From the IMG/VR virus record IMGVR_UViG_3300047160_017115, positions 23,879 to 87,878 of that record: 64,000 nucleotides of DNA; one strand, written 5' to 3'. The position numbers and the translations under genes are program-made. Shown in pieces: positions 25,663 to 35,892 of this stretch (the stretch's first letter is position 1; every line of letters starts with the position of its first letter). Below the pieces are notes generated by a model that saw nothing but the letters and a program-made list of their open reading frames with translations, was not told the DNA's origin and did no database searches. Source of the DNA: a virus (lineage: Duplodnaviria; Caudoviricetes).

Positions 25663-26751
25663 GTGACCGCCCCCTTGAACCCGACCCTGTACGCCCTGCT
25701 CAAGAAGCGCTTCGGGGAGGTCAAGATCGGCAACCCGGGAGCGGGGATGGCCGTCGCCGAGGTGCACGACCGGCTCCGCGGGGTCACCAGGCGACGCGTC
25801 ACGAGCAAGGGGGAGTACTACGCCGTCTGTTGTCCCTACTGCAACGACACGAGGTTCCGCCTCAACATCGGGCACTGCTGGGGACGACAAGACCCCGAGA
25901 CGGGCTGGCGCTGGATGAGCCTGGCCGTCTGCTGGAACGACACGCGATGCCTGGACAATCCCCGCCTCCGCGACGACCTCCTTGAGGACATCACGGAACT
26001 CGACGGCCAGCTCGACCGGGCGCCCGTGCGCAAGGCCGACCCGGCCCCGGAGCGGCCCGACGTCATCGACTGGCCGGGCGATGTGGTCCGGCTCAACGAG
26101 CTGGACCCCGACCACCCGGCCCGGCGCTATATGGAGAAGGACCGCGGCTTCGACGTCGACATCCTCTCACGCGTCTACCACGTCTCCTGGTGCGTGGAGA
26201 GTAAGAACTATCACGCCCGCGAGCGCATCATCATCCCCGTCTACCAGTGGGGCAAACTGCGCCACTGGCAGGCGCGCTACCCGGGCGAACTGCCCTGGCA
26301 CGACAAGGCCCTCAAGAGGTCCCTGCCGCTCAAGTACGGCGGGCCCACAGGTGGCAACCCGTCACACCTGCTCTACAACCTCGACCAGGCGTCACGGTAC
26401 GAGACCGTGATCATCTGCGAGGGCGTCACTGACGTCTGGAGGGTCGGCCCCATGGCCGTGAGCGTGTTCGGCAACAGCGTCAAGCGCCTCCAGCAGAAGG
26501 CGCTCGTCACGGCGTTCGGCGAGCGCTCCGTCATCCTCCTGCTCGACCCCGACAAGGCGGGCGACGCCGGGGCCCGTTCCGCCGAGGATCTCGCCGCGGA
26601 ATTTCCACAAAACCGTTTTTGTCGGGTCCGCCTCCCCGAGGGGAGAGACCCGGCCTCCTTCGACCGCCCGACGCTGCGCCGGCTCGTCACCGAGCTCGCC
26701 GCCGCGCAGGGGGTCGACGTTTCTTACAGTAAGGCTGTGACTGCGAAATGA
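25663..26751 (+). CDS. DNA primase (Zn finger plus TOPRIM)
   Basis: VCCPYCNDTRFRL zinc finger; RIIIPV; LLYNLD; IICEGVTD; LLLDPDKAG; DPAS. Confidence 0.85.
   Translation: MTAPLNPTLYALLKKRFGEVKIGNPGAGMAVAEVHDRLRGVTRRRVTSKGEYYAVCCPYCNDTRFRLNIGHCWGRQDPETGWRWMSLAVCWNDTRCLDNPRLRDDLLEDITELDGQLDRAPVRKADPAPERPDVIDWPGDVVRLNELDPDHPARRYMEKDRGFDVDILSRVYHVSWCVESKNYHARERIIIPVYQWGKLRHWQARYPGELPWHDKALKRSLPLKYGGPTGGNPSHLLYNLDQASRYETVIICEGVTDVWRVGPMAVSVFGNSVKRLQQKALVTAFGERSVILLLDPDKAGDAGARSAEDLAAEFPQNRFCRVRLPEGRDPASFDRPTLRRLVTELAAAQGVDVSYSKAVTAK
26609..26619. promoter_or_regulatory. AAAAC-S-GTTT(T/C) near-palindrome
   Basis: AAAACCGTTTT about 130 nt before the polymerase start. Confidence 0.5.
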
Positions 26752-29700
26752 CCCTTGAGGCCTCGGACCCCGCCTGGGTGCGGGGCAACCGAGGGGCCTT
26801 CCCTGTCGACTCCCCCGGCATGCCATTACCGGGGCCGGACCTGGTGCGGTACGTCGAGAAAAACGGCCAGGTTTTCAAGGCCAAGAAGACCAAGGACAAG
26901 GTCACCAAGAAACAGACGGTCAAGATCGAGTGCGGGCCCGTTATCGAGGAGGCGGTCCGCGGCATCCTGTACCAGCCCGGTTACCAGTTCCAGGTGACGA
27001 CGGCCCCGGGGGCGACCGCCGTCGTGACGACCGTCCCGGGGCACATCTGGGGCGAGCACAGGAAGAAGTACATCGCGGGGAAGGCCGACTCGCCGCCGGT
27101 CACCGGGCCTCGTCAGGCGCGCGTGATGGTGGTCGGCAAGATGTTGGGCCGGGAGGAGCACACCGAGCTCCGCAACTTCGTCGGACCCACCGGCGAGGTC
27201 CTCATTGGTGTGCTCAAGAAGTTGAAGGTTAAAGGTACGCGGTCGTGGTACGTCACGAACCTCGTGAAGTTCAAGCCCCCCGAGGGGATGGACGTCCGCC
27301 CAGCCTGGGTGGCCGACGGTAAGTTCCTGCTTCATCAAGAACTGCGCCTGGTCCAGCCGGACTACATCCTCTGCCTGGGGGCCGACGCCTCGAAGGCCCT
27401 CCTGGGGCCCAAGGCCACGGTCAGCCACATGGACGGCCGCGTGGCGGAGCTCACCTACGACACCGGTTTCGACGGCACCCGTCTCGAGAAGAAGACGGCG
27501 CTCGTGATGACGGTGATCCACCCGGTCCAGGTCACCCGCGAGCAGTCCCAGGCGCGTGTCCTGGAGCGCGGTGTGGCCCGCTTCGGGCAACTCATCACGG
27601 GGGTCCGCTGGGACCTCGCCGAGACCGGCCTCGACCACCGCGTCGTCTCCGACCTCGACACCCTCGAGGCGCTCCTGTGGGAGATCGACAACGACCCCGA
27701 GAAGACGGACAAGGTCATCGCGTGCGACGCCGAATGGCACGGCCAGCACCCGTGTAACAAGGGGTCGTACCTGCGGACCTTCCAGTTCGCCTGGAAGCCG
27801 AAGCATGCCGCCTGCGTCACCCTACGGGGGCGCGGCGGCGTCGACGGCTTCTTCGACCGTGACGGCAACCCGTGCCCTGACCGGGCCATCGAGTTGCTCA
27901 GGGACTGGTTCGCCGACAAGCGCGTCGTCGGCCACTTCTTCAACGCCGACCTCGAGTGGCTGGTCGACGCCGGCCTCGACCTCCGGGGACAGTTCGCGAC
28001 CCCGCGTTTCGACACCGATGACGGCGTCATCGCGTGGGAGCGAACCCGCCATGAGGGAGGCGCCGACACTGGCCTGATGGCGCACGCCATCGAGGAGTCG
28101 ACCTCGTACGGGCTCGAGGTCCTCACGACCCGGTACACCGACGCGCCGCGGTACGACCTGCCGATGCAGAAGTGGTGTATCGAGCAGAAGGAGCAGTTCA
28201 AGGTCCTGGAGGGTTACGGGGAGGCCCCTGACGAGCTCCTCCTGCCCTACAGCCTCTACGACGCGGACGTGACCCTCCGTCTCTTCTATGAGCTCGATCC
28301 TCTCCTCGACTACGACTACGAGGGCAACTGTTGTCGTGAGTCGTTCTGGGAGTCGATGCTCGCGGCCCCCGCGGTCCTCGAGATCCACCGCAACGGGATC
28401 CTGGTCGACAAGGAGCGCGTCGACGCCCTTTCCGTCGCGTTCGTGGAAGCCCGCGACGGCCTGGAGAAGAGGCTCTGCTCCTGGGCCGACTGGCCCGCCT
28501 TCAACATCCGCTCCGTGCACGACGTCCGCGAGCTCCTCTTCGGCGAGGCCTTCTCGGGGAAGCTTGACGCGGGCGGTAACCCGGTACGCAAGCGCCCGGA
28601 GGGGGCCAAGTCTCTCGGTATCACGCCGTACGTGGACACCTCGAAGCCGCCCAAGCTCTGGGCCGATCTGGAGGACACCGACTCGACGGCCGGGCACGCG
28701 CCCGGGACCGGCAAGGCGGTCCTCTCCGTGCTCGCCCAGGAGAACCCGGAGTCGGCCGTCCAGATCAACTGGCTGCGCGACTACAGGTTCATCGACCAGG
28801 TCCTCAAGTCCGTCCTGCGCCCGCCCAAGTCCGACCCCGAGGGGGTGCAACTGCGCGACGAGGACGGCCTCATCTACGACGCGGGCCTGGCGGCCGTCCT
28901 GTGTGACGACGGCAAGGTCAGGACCCATATCTACCAGACGAAGGAGACCGGACGCTGGAGCTCGGCCAGGCCGCCGCTCCAGAACATCAGCAAGAGCCGC
29001 GACCCCGACTACTACCGCATCTTGAAGGAGTCCTACGAGTACCCCCTGCGCTCGATCCTCATGGCCTCACCGGGGCACGTCTTCGTGGAGGCCGACTACT
29101 CGGGGGCCGAGCTCCTGGGCGCCGCGGTGATGGCCGGCGACGCCACGATGATGGACCACGCCCGTCGCGCCCTCTTGCCGGATTCTGGCTACGACGCTGA
29201 CGGTAACGTGTGCGAGGGGGGCAAGCACCCGCACCCTGACTACTACGACATCCACTCGAACATCGCGGTCATCGCGATGCGCCTCGACTGCGCGCCCACG
29301 AAGGCGGGCCTGAAGTCGATCGGCAAGGTCCACTTCCGGACGCTCGCCAAGCGGGTGATCTTCGGCATGATGTACGGCCAGGGCGCCAAGGGGAGCGCCA
29401 TGCTGGCCAAGGAAGAGGGTGTCGACGTCAGCGTCGCCGAGGCGCAGGTCGTTATCGACACCGTATTCGCCACCTACCCCGGCCTGGTGCCGTTCTTCGA
29501 GGAGTGTCGCACACGGGCGATCGAGGACGGCTGGCTGTGCCACTGTTATGGTCGCTACCGCCGCTTCCCTGAGAGCCAGAACTCGAAGGACATCGGTGAG
29601 TATGAGCGCCAGGCGATGAACTTCCCCATCCAGGGGATGATCGCCTCGGCCGTGTCACGGGCCATCGCCCACCTGTACCACTACCGGTACGACGTGGGCC

Positions 29701-29972
29701 GGCCCGACCTGTATCGCATCCTCCTGCAGATCCACGATGCGATCCTGCTGGAGGTACCGTACGAGCACGTCGGGTTCGTGGCCGGCACGGTGATCCCGTA
29801 TGCGATGCGGGACATGGTGCCGATCTACCCGACCACGCTCGCTGGGGTTCCCACAGGCAAGGGGCCTTATTACCTTGGTTTTGGCCTCGAAGTGTCCGAG
29901 CACTGGGGCGAGCCGATCTCCCTGGCGCGGTGCCGAGAACTCGGCATCCCGGACGAATACGCGGGCCACTAA
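26748..29972 (+). CDS. polA: Family A DNA polymerase with N-terminal family-4 UDG-like domain and 3'-5' exonuclease
   Basis: UDG-like VMVVGKMLGREE...FVGPTG...YVTNLVK...ILCLGADA...HP; exo ACDAEW, FFNADL, YDAD; TGRWSSARPPLQN; EADYSGAEL; RTLAKRVIFGMMYG; LQIHDAI. Confidence 0.93.
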   Translation: MTLEASDPAWVRGNRGAFPVDSPGMPLPGPDLVRYVEKNGQVFKAKKTKDKVTKKQTVKIECGPVIEEAVRGILYQPGYQFQVTTAPGATAVVTTVPGHIWGEHRKKYIAGKADSPPVTGPRQARVMVVGKMLGREEHTELRNFVGPTGEVLIGVLKKLKVKGTRSWYVTNLVKFKPPEGMDVRPAWVADGKFLLHQELRLVQPDYILCLGADASKALLGPKATVSHMDGRVAELTYDTGFDGTRLEKKTALVMTVIHPVQVTREQSQARVLERGVARFGQLITGVRWDLAETGLDHRVVSDLDTLEALLWEIDNDPEKTDKVIACDAEWHGQHPCNKGSYLRTFQFAWKPKHAACVTLRGRGGVDGFFDRDGNPCPDRAIELLRDWFADKRVVGHFFNADLEWLVDAGLDLRGQFATPRFDTDDGVIAWERTRHEGGADTGLMAHAIEESTSYGLEVLTTRYTDAPRYDLPMQKWCIEQKEQFKVLEGYGEAPDELLLPYSLYDADVTLRLFYELDPLLDYDYEGNCCRESFWESMLAAPAVLEIHRNGILVDKERVDALSVAFVEARDGLEKRLCSWADWPAFNIRSVHDVRELLFGEAFSGKLDAGGNPVRKRPEGAKSLGITPYVDTSKPPKLWADLEDTDSTAGHAPGTGKAVLSVLAQENPESAVQINWLRDYRFIDQVLKSVLRPPKSDPEGVQLRDEDGLIYDAGLAAVLCDDGKVRTHIYQTKETGRWSSARPPLQNISKSRDPDYYRILKESYEYPLRSILMASPGHVFVEADYSGAELLGAAVMAGDATMMDHARRALLPDSGYDADGNVCEGGKHPHPDYYDIHSNIAVIAMRLDCAPTKAGLKSIGKVHFRTLAKRVIFGMMYGQGAKGSAMLAKEEGVDVSVAEAQVVIDTVFATYPGLVPFFEECRTRAIEDGWLCHCYGRYRRFPESQNSKDIGEYERQAMNFPIQGMIASAVSRAIAHLYHYRYDVGRPDLYRILLQIHDAILLEVPYEHVGFVAGTVIPYAMRDMVPIYPTTLAGVPTGKGPYYLGFGLEVSEHWGEPISLARCRELGIPDEYAGH

Positions 29973-30031
29973 ACCGCTTCCCCGCTTTCCCTTCTCATCC
30001 CTGACAAATTTCGGAGAGACCGCCAGTACCA

Positions 30032-31894
30032 ATGTCCGCTGAAACCAGCTTCAGGGGCCGCTCTAAGCGGAGCCTGAAGGCTCGCAGCCGTTCTGTCTAC
30101 GACAACGAAGTGCACGGCCGCGGCGACAGCCGCATCCCCCGAGACGACCTGACGATCAACGAGCGTCTCTGCGCCGTGACCATGATCCGGCCCAACTTCG
30201 ACAAGGGCCCCCTCTACTTCAGGCCCTGGCCGGCGCTGTCGTACGAGGACCCGCAGAATACCCTGTCCCCGGGACGGATCGGCCTGGCGCCTCGGGCCCA
30301 GAGCCACTGGATCGTGAGGATGCCGGCGGCCAAGTACGTCGGCCTCAACGACCCCTCGTGCGACCGCAGCACCTTCCTCCTCTATCGCCCCGGCGACAAG
30401 GAGGCCAAGAACAACAACCCGTTCCGTATCCTGTCCTACGGCGCCAAGGACGCCCACGACGCCGGCAAGTTCGGCTCCGGACGGGCCTGGAACTCCGAGT
30501 GGAACCGCCTCCTGCAGGGCTCCAAGGGCAAGGGCGCCGAGCTCGGCCGCCCCACCGCCCTCTGGTTCGTGCAGGGCGCCGTTTACGCCAACGGCGACAA
30601 GGACTACCTGGAGAGCCGGTCCGAGCCTTACGGCTCCGGGCCCAAGGACGACCTGGTCGTCCTCCAGCTCCCGACCTCGGCCGGCGGCGCCCTGATGGAC
30701 CTGCTGGACATCGAGAAGAAGAAGACCCCCGCGGGGGCCGAGGAGAACCCGAGCCTGGCCTTCTACTATGGTGACGCTGTGGGTCGGTTCGACCCCGAGA
30801 AGTTCACCTGCGGGCCCGGCCTGGTGATCGTCGTCTTCAACCCCAAGAAGACCAGGATCACCGAGGACTCCTCCTTTGACGGCAAGCTCAAGGACGTGCA
30901 GGGCTACGAGGTCGCGATCCAGCCCGACTACGTCGATTCCAACGACGATATCTACAACCCCGAGCTGAGCGGCCAGGCGCTGCAGACGGTCTTCGACCAC
31001 TGGCAGTTCTGGGAGGACGACCCCGACTCCGGGGAGCAGGGTTTGCTCCGCTTCCCCTGCATCGAGGAGCAGTGCCTCCTGATCGCCAAGGGCTTCCGGC
31101 CGGTCTCCCAGCTCCTTCACTTCGCCTGGGCCGACCACCCCGAGTTCTTCACCGACGAGGTCAACTCCGTCATCAGGGCACGGCGTGCGGTCGTGATGCC
31201 CGGCGACCCTGAAGAGGCGGACGAGGACGACGAGGCCCAGAACGAGGAGGCCTACGAGGCCGGTCGCCGCCAGCCGCGCCGCACCGACGTGGCCGTGAGC
31301 GGCGCACGCCGGCGCTTCGGTGAGGACGACGAGGCCGACGAGGCCCCGTCCCGGTCTCCCGCCGGCGACGGTCGAGTGGAGAAAGTCCTGGCCGCCGCCA
31401 GGAAGCTGAACGCTCAGACGCCCGCCGCCGTGGAGCCCGAGGAAGAGGAGCCGGCCTTCGGGTCCACCCGCGCGAAGGCGCGGAAGCCGGACACCAAGGC
31501 CCGGAGGCCGAACCGGTTCAATGTCGAAGAGGAGGAAGAGGCTCCCGCGCCCGTGGTGACGCCCGCGGCCGACCAGGCCGAGGAGACCCCCGAGGGTGAG
31601 GAGGACGCCGAGTCCGAGCTCTCCGCCGAGGCCGGAGTCGACGACGAGCCTGGGGACGAGGACGTGACGGAGGACGACGACACCCTGCGGGCCCGGATGA
31701 CCGGGGCGCGTAAGGTTGAGGGCGACAAGCCCGTCGTCGTCGCCGTGACCGAGACCGCCCCTGACGGCTCCACGGGGGACTCCGAGGCGAATATGCGCGC
31801 GGCCCTGAAGGCCGCCCGCGACAACAGCGCTACCCGTCGTAATTCCCGCCGGCAGCCGCCCCCGCCGCCGGACCAGACGGACGGGGAGGACTAA
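30032..31894 (+). CDS. Hypothetical protein with long acidic low-complexity C-terminus (SSB-like by context)
   Basis: 620 aa between polA and recA; last ~220 aa are D/E/A/P-rich. Confidence 0.6.
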   Translation: MSAETSFRGRSKRSLKARSRSVYDNEVHGRGDSRIPRDDLTINERLCAVTMIRPNFDKGPLYFRPWPALSYEDPQNTLSPGRIGLAPRAQSHWIVRMPAAKYVGLNDPSCDRSTFLLYRPGDKEAKNNNPFRILSYGAKDAHDAGKFGSGRAWNSEWNRLLQGSKGKGAELGRPTALWFVQGAVYANGDKDYLESRSEPYGSGPKDDLVVLQLPTSAGGALMDLLDIEKKKTPAGAEENPSLAFYYGDAVGRFDPEKFTCGPGLVIVVFNPKKTRITEDSSFDGKLKDVQGYEVAIQPDYVDSNDDIYNPELSGQALQTVFDHWQFWEDDPDSGEQGLLRFPCIEEQCLLIAKGFRPVSQLLHFAWADHPEFFTDEVNSVIRARRAVVMPGDPEEADEDDEAQNEEAYEAGRRQPRRTDVAVSGARRRFGEDDEADEAPSRSPAGDGRVEKVLAAARKLNAQTPAAVEPEEEEPAFGSTRAKARKPDTKARRPNRFNVEEEEEAPAPVVTPAADQAEETPEGEEDAESELSAEAGVDDEPGDEDVTEDDDTLRARMTGARKVEGDKPVVVAVTETAPDGSTGDSEANMRAALKAARDNSATRRNSRRQPPPPPDQTDGED

Positions 31895-31903
31895 CGTAGG
31901 GCC

Positions 31904-31937
31904 CACCCCGGCGCCGACCGCTGTCGGCGCCGGGTGC
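31904..31937. other. GC-rich intergenic hairpin
   Basis: CCGGCGCCGAC-CGCT-GTCGGCGCCGG before recA. Confidence 0.55.
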
Positions 31938-31953
31938 GGTCCTGCGCGCGCAC

Positions 31954-33414
31954 ATGCCACGTCAAATCAAGCCACGACGGCCCCCCGAGGAGCGCGACAA
32001 CTCCGCCCAGCCGGGGGAAGATGATGATGTGCTCTCTCCTCTGGTCATCAAGCCTGTCGAGGAGACCGAACCGTCGTCCTCCTCGGCGCTGCGGGCATCG
32101 ATCCCGTGCGCCCCGAAGGACCGCCCACGACTCGCGCTCCCGTCTGACCTCAAGCTCGACAAGAAGTCCAAGGCCAAGGCCCTCGAGCTCTGGGGCGGCG
32201 CGCAGGGCAGGCGACGCCTCGACACCTTTATGCAGAAGTCCGCCGAGGAGGCACGGAAGAAGTACGGACACAACGCCGTGCTCATCGGGGACGACGTCAA
32301 AAACCTCGTCTGCGGTATCCCGTGTCCGGCGCTCTCTTTCCAGTATCTCAGCGGACAGGACATCTTCCCGCTGGGCATGATCATCCAGCTCCTGGGGAAG
32401 TGGGGGAGCCTGAAATCGGCCCTCCTCTACGAGTTCTTTCGTTGGTTCGAGCTCGCCGGCGGTGGCGGTTTCCTCAAGGAGAATGAGACCAAGTTTTCCG
32501 CCGACCTGTGTGCGTCGCTCATGGGCCACGATTCCTTTGCCGAGTGCCCAATCCAGGTCGCCAGGTGCGACTCGGTCGAGGGTTGGCAGGAGTCGACGAC
32601 CACGACGATCGACCAGCTCAAGAAGTACATGAAGGGGACCAAGGAGGAACCGGGCCCCGGGCGCACCCAACCGTTCCTGATCGGGATCGATTCGATCATG
32701 GGCAAGGTCACCAGGGAGACCCTGGGCAAGGTGCAGGAGGCGGGTTCCCTCGGGCGTAACCACCCGGTCGAGGCCCTGATGATCAATAACTACATGAAGT
32801 CCTTGCCGCAGATGATCGACAACTGGCCTGTAGGTGTTGTGCTGGTCAACCATCTCAAGCCACGCAAGGACGAAAAGGGGCATGACGTCCGCGGCAAGTC
32901 TGGCGGCATGTCCGTCGACTTCCAGGAGAGTTTCGAGTACGAGACGCGTAAGGTCCGCGACCTGCAAAGTTCCCAGTGGGACGGCGTCGAGATCGCGATC
33001 AAGTGCATCAAAAGCTCTTACGGCAATACCGGCCGGCTGATCCACACCCGGATGCTCTGGTGGGAGGAAGACGACCCGGTGACCGCCGAGCCGATGCAGC
33101 GGACCTTCTTCGACTGGGGCTGGTCGACCGTTCACATGCTGACGACGTTACAGGGCCGGCTCAAGGAGCGGCTCGACAACAGTGGGTTCCATCTCAAAGC
33201 GGAGCACGTCTCGCCGGTGCAGGCCGACTGCTGGAGCAAAACTCTGGGAATCCCGAAAGGATCCCCCTTGAGTTGGACAGAGACTGGTGATCTCATTCAT
33301 GCGGATCCTGATCTGATGCTCAAGTTGCGGCGTGCCCTGGCAATCAAGCAACGGCCTCTGCTGGCAGGGGACTACCTGCGCCAACTGGAGGCCAAGGCGG
33401 GAGACCTCCCCTGA
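31954..33414 (+). CDS. recA: RecA/UvsX-like recombinase
   Basis: GMIIQLLGKWGSLKS; ENETKF; LIGIDSI; VVLVNHL; GGMSVDF; IKCIKSS. Confidence 0.8.
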   Translation: MPRQIKPRRPPEERDNSAQPGEDDDVLSPLVIKPVEETEPSSSSALRASIPCAPKDRPRLALPSDLKLDKKSKAKALELWGGAQGRRRLDTFMQKSAEEARKKYGHNAVLIGDDVKNLVCGIPCPALSFQYLSGQDIFPLGMIIQLLGKWGSLKSALLYEFFRWFELAGGGGFLKENETKFSADLCASLMGHDSFAECPIQVARCDSVEGWQESTTTTIDQLKKYMKGTKEEPGPGRTQPFLIGIDSIMGKVTRETLGKVQEAGSLGRNHPVEALMINNYMKSLPQMIDNWPVGVVLVNHLKPRKDEKGHDVRGKSGGMSVDFQESFEYETRKVRDLQSSQWDGVEIAIKCIKSSYGNTGRLIHTRMLWWEEDDPVTAEPMQRTFFDWGWSTVHMLTTLQGRLKERLDNSGFHLKAEHVSPVQADCWSKTLGIPKGSPLSWTETGDLIHADPDLMLKLRRALAIKQRPLLAGDYLRQLEAKAGDLP

Positions 33415-33992
33415 TGGATTTCTTCGCGCGGATGGGGTCTGGTGGTCGCGACCGCATGGAGGAGGCCGCGAACCTCAGGTACGAGACTCTCAAGGTCAAG
33501 TTCGTCATGTCCCGTTCGGGCCTGGGTCCCCAGGAGGTCCGGCGTCTCAGCCGGCTCCATGAGGACCGGTACGGCGTCCCGGGGCTGTCGTTCGGGATCT
33601 TCCGTGAGGAGTACCCGACCTACCCGGTGCTGTTGCAGTGCTCGCGCCTCGAAGGCCTGCGACTCCACACCGACCCCAAGTCGATCCTCCCCGTCTGGTT
33701 CAAGAACTTCGAGAGCCTCCCCTTCGTGCCCCCCTTCGTCGCGTTCCACGATTCCATCGTGGCCGTCGAGAAACTGGGGGGTCGTGGGGTCGGGCTCGTC
33801 TTCCCCCGCAAGGGGTTCCAGCAAGGCCTCGTCGTCCATACCGCCGTAGCCAACGGCTCCGGTTGGGAACAGGGCCCGTGTTTCTGTTTCAGGGGCGGTC
33901 GCAAGGGCGCGCGGCTCGACCTCTTCGTCAGGCCGTTCGTGGCGCTCGTTGACGAGATCTATAACAACGGCCACGGGTGGTCGCCCGACTAG
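33414..33992 (+). CDS. Hypothetical protein
   Basis: 192-aa ORF with TGATG coupling to recA. Confidence 0.65.
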   Translation: MDFFARMGSGGRDRMEEAANLRYETLKVKFVMSRSGLGPQEVRRLSRLHEDRYGVPGLSFGIFREEYPTYPVLLQCSRLEGLRLHTDPKSILPVWFKNFESLPFVPPFVAFHDSIVAVEKLGGRGVGLVFPRKGFQQGLVVHTAVANGSGWEQGPCFCFRGGRKGARLDLFVRPFVALVDEIYNNGHGWSPD

Positions 33993-34000
33993 CGACCTAC

Positions 34001-34011
34001 AAAACCGTTTT
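34001..34011. promoter_or_regulatory. AAAAC-S-GTTT(T/C) near-palindrome
   Basis: AAAACCGTTTT, intergenic, about 100 nt before ATG 34109. Confidence 0.65.
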
Positions 34012-34108
34012 CTAAACCGTGGCGTCGATAGGCCGGGGTGGTGTAGTGTCCCCGGCCGTTCCCCCTACACCCGGAATCGACCCCCATTCCGCAGGAGAGT
34101 TTTGTCTC

Positions 34109-35125
34109 ATGACAGTCCCAGCAAAGGCCTCGGCGCCTGAGACCGCGGCGAAGAAGAAGCATGAAGCGCTCCTGGAGGCGATGAAGCCGGCGACCAGGGA
34201 GGTCGCTAAGGCGCTGAAGAACAGGGCCACCCAGACCCGCAAGGCGGGCGTCCTCTACGCGCACGACGTGGGGACCCAGCTCAACACGGTGGCCGTGAAG
34301 GAGACCGTCTACGGCTCCAAGGCCGTGGAGCAGCTGGTCGGTTACCTGGACCTCAACGAGACCCAGGGTTTCGTCGAGATGTCCCGCAGCCTTGCCACCG
34401 CGTTCGATCGCGATACCCTCTCGGCCGAGCTCGACTCGCCGATGGACAACGGCAAGTCCCTCGAGCTCTACCACTTCGTCTACCTCGGGCGGCTGAACAG
34501 CCCGGCCGAGCGGCGCAAGTTCCTCAAGCGCGTGCGGACCGAGAACCTGTCCGTCAAGCAGCTCCTGGAGCTGATCCGGGGCGAGGCGACCACCCAGACC
34601 AAGCGGACCGGGACGGGTCGACACACGACGGTCCCCGAGAGCCCGATGGCCGCGCTCCAGAAGGTCCATTCACTCGGCATCCAGTTCGGGAACTACGTCA
34701 GCGAGTTCTCCACCAAGGCGTTCCCGAAGCTGTCCGACCTCCCCGAAGACCGGGTCGACGAGCGCTACTTGGCGGCGCTACGGAAGACCCAGGAGACTTT
34801 GAAGGCCGGTCTCGATACCGGGCGCGTGACCCTCGACCAGGTCGAGACACTGCTGCACCAGGCCGAGGACACCCTCAAGCACAAGGCCGAGCCCGCCGCC
34901 GAGGAGGAGTCCGCGCCCATCGTCGAGGAGGAGGAGGACCTGACGGCCCCGCTGGTCGTCGCCTCTGACGCGGACGAGGAGGAAGAGCCGGACGAGGACG
35001 ACGAGGACGAAGAGGAAGAAGAGGCTCCTGACGAGCCGGACGACGAGGAGGACGAGCCCACGTTCCGGCGTGCGCGCACCTCGACGGTCGCGAAGCGGCC
35101 GCCGGCCAAGAGCGCCAGGGCGTGA
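34109..35125 (+). CDS. Hypothetical protein with acidic tail
   Basis: ATG 34109 with AGGAG RBS; C-terminal EEEEPDEDDEDEEEEE run. Confidence 0.7.
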   Translation: MTVPAKASAPETAAKKKHEALLEAMKPATREVAKALKNRATQTRKAGVLYAHDVGTQLNTVAVKETVYGSKAVEQLVGYLDLNETQGFVEMSRSLATAFDRDTLSAELDSPMDNGKSLELYHFVYLGRLNSPAERRKFLKRVRTENLSVKQLLELIRGEATTQTKRTGTGRHTTVPESPMAALQKVHSLGIQFGNYVSEFSTKAFPKLSDLPEDRVDERYLAALRKTQETLKAGLDTGRVTLDQVETLLHQAEDTLKHKAEPAAEEESAPIVEEEEDLTAPLVVASDADEEEEPDEDDEDEEEEEAPDEPDDEEDEPTFRRARTSTVAKRPPAKSARA

Positions 35126-35892
35126 AGTTCTCGGTCTGTGTGCTCTGTTGGGGCGACCACGATGACCTGGCCAGGCGCTGCCTGAGCTCTCTCGTGCCGC
35201 GGTTGACCCCGGAGCACGTCGCCGACCTGCGAGTCGCCCTCAGTCAGCCGAGCCTCGCCACCCGGGGCTGCGTCCGCCAGTACGCGGCGCAGTCCCAGGT
35301 GCCCGTCCTCACCGTCCTCACGGCGGACAATCCCGGCAAGTACCCGCTCATGCGTGAGCTGTTGTACTCGCCCCGGTTGCCGCCGCCGGCCGAGGGGGTC
35401 ATGTGGTTCGATGACGACTCGTACCTGCTGGACGCCCCGGTATCTTCCTGGTGGGAACGCCGCCTGTCCCAGGTGGAGACCGCCGACGCCGGCGTCGTGG
35501 GCCAGCGCTGGTACCGGCCCCTGGTGGGTGGTCAGAAGGCCGCCATAGTGGAGCAGCCGTGGTACACGGGCCGGGCGCTGGACGGCGAGGTCGCCTCACT
35601 CAAGAGGCCCGGCCAGCGCTTCTACGCCTTTGCCACGGGGGGCTGGTGGGCGGCCCGGAGAGACTTCCTCGCTCAGTGGGACTACCCGTTCCCCGCCTTG
35701 CGCCACAACGGCGGGGACACGGCCCTTGGCTGGCTCGTCCACCAGCAGTACCGCCGGCTGGTGGACGACCCGTGGGGCGTGGCGATCAACCAGGCCGCGC
35801 GTCGTGGGCTCAACACGCGCCCCCTGTGGGAGATATCAGAGCCTGTGGTCCCGCCGTCCCCTATCGTGTGGAGACCGCTTGATGGAGATTAG
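35122..35892 (+). CDS. Glycosyltransferase, GT-A/GT2-like
   Basis: FSVCVLCWG N-terminal strand; NPGKYP; VMWFDDDSY DxD motif; HNGGD. Confidence 0.65.
   Translation: MKFSVCVLCWGDHDDLARRCLSSLVPRLTPEHVADLRVALSQPSLATRGCVRQYAAQSQVPVLTVLTADNPGKYPLMRELLYSPRLPPPAEGVMWFDDDSYLLDAPVSSWWERRLSQVETADAGVVGQRWYRPLVGGQKAAIVEQPWYTGRALDGEVASLKRPGQRFYAFATGGWWAARRDFLAQWDYPFPALRHNGGDTALGWLVHQQYRRLVDDPWGVAINQAARRGLNTRPLWEISEPVVPPSPIVWRPLDGD

Noticed and set aside
24010-32420. Non-canonical Walker A in DnaB (GPYGSCKT) and RecA (GKWGSLKS) as signs of inactivation
   Set aside because: Such substitutions before the lysine occur in active phage UvsX/helicase homologues, and the catalytic K-T/S is intact.
17577-33135. 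Long minus-strand ORFs (e.g. 21085..22605, 23308..24804, 29969..31960, 31891..33135)
   Set aside because: They are antisense shadows of well-supported + strand genes, as expected at high GC, and show no recognisable motifs.
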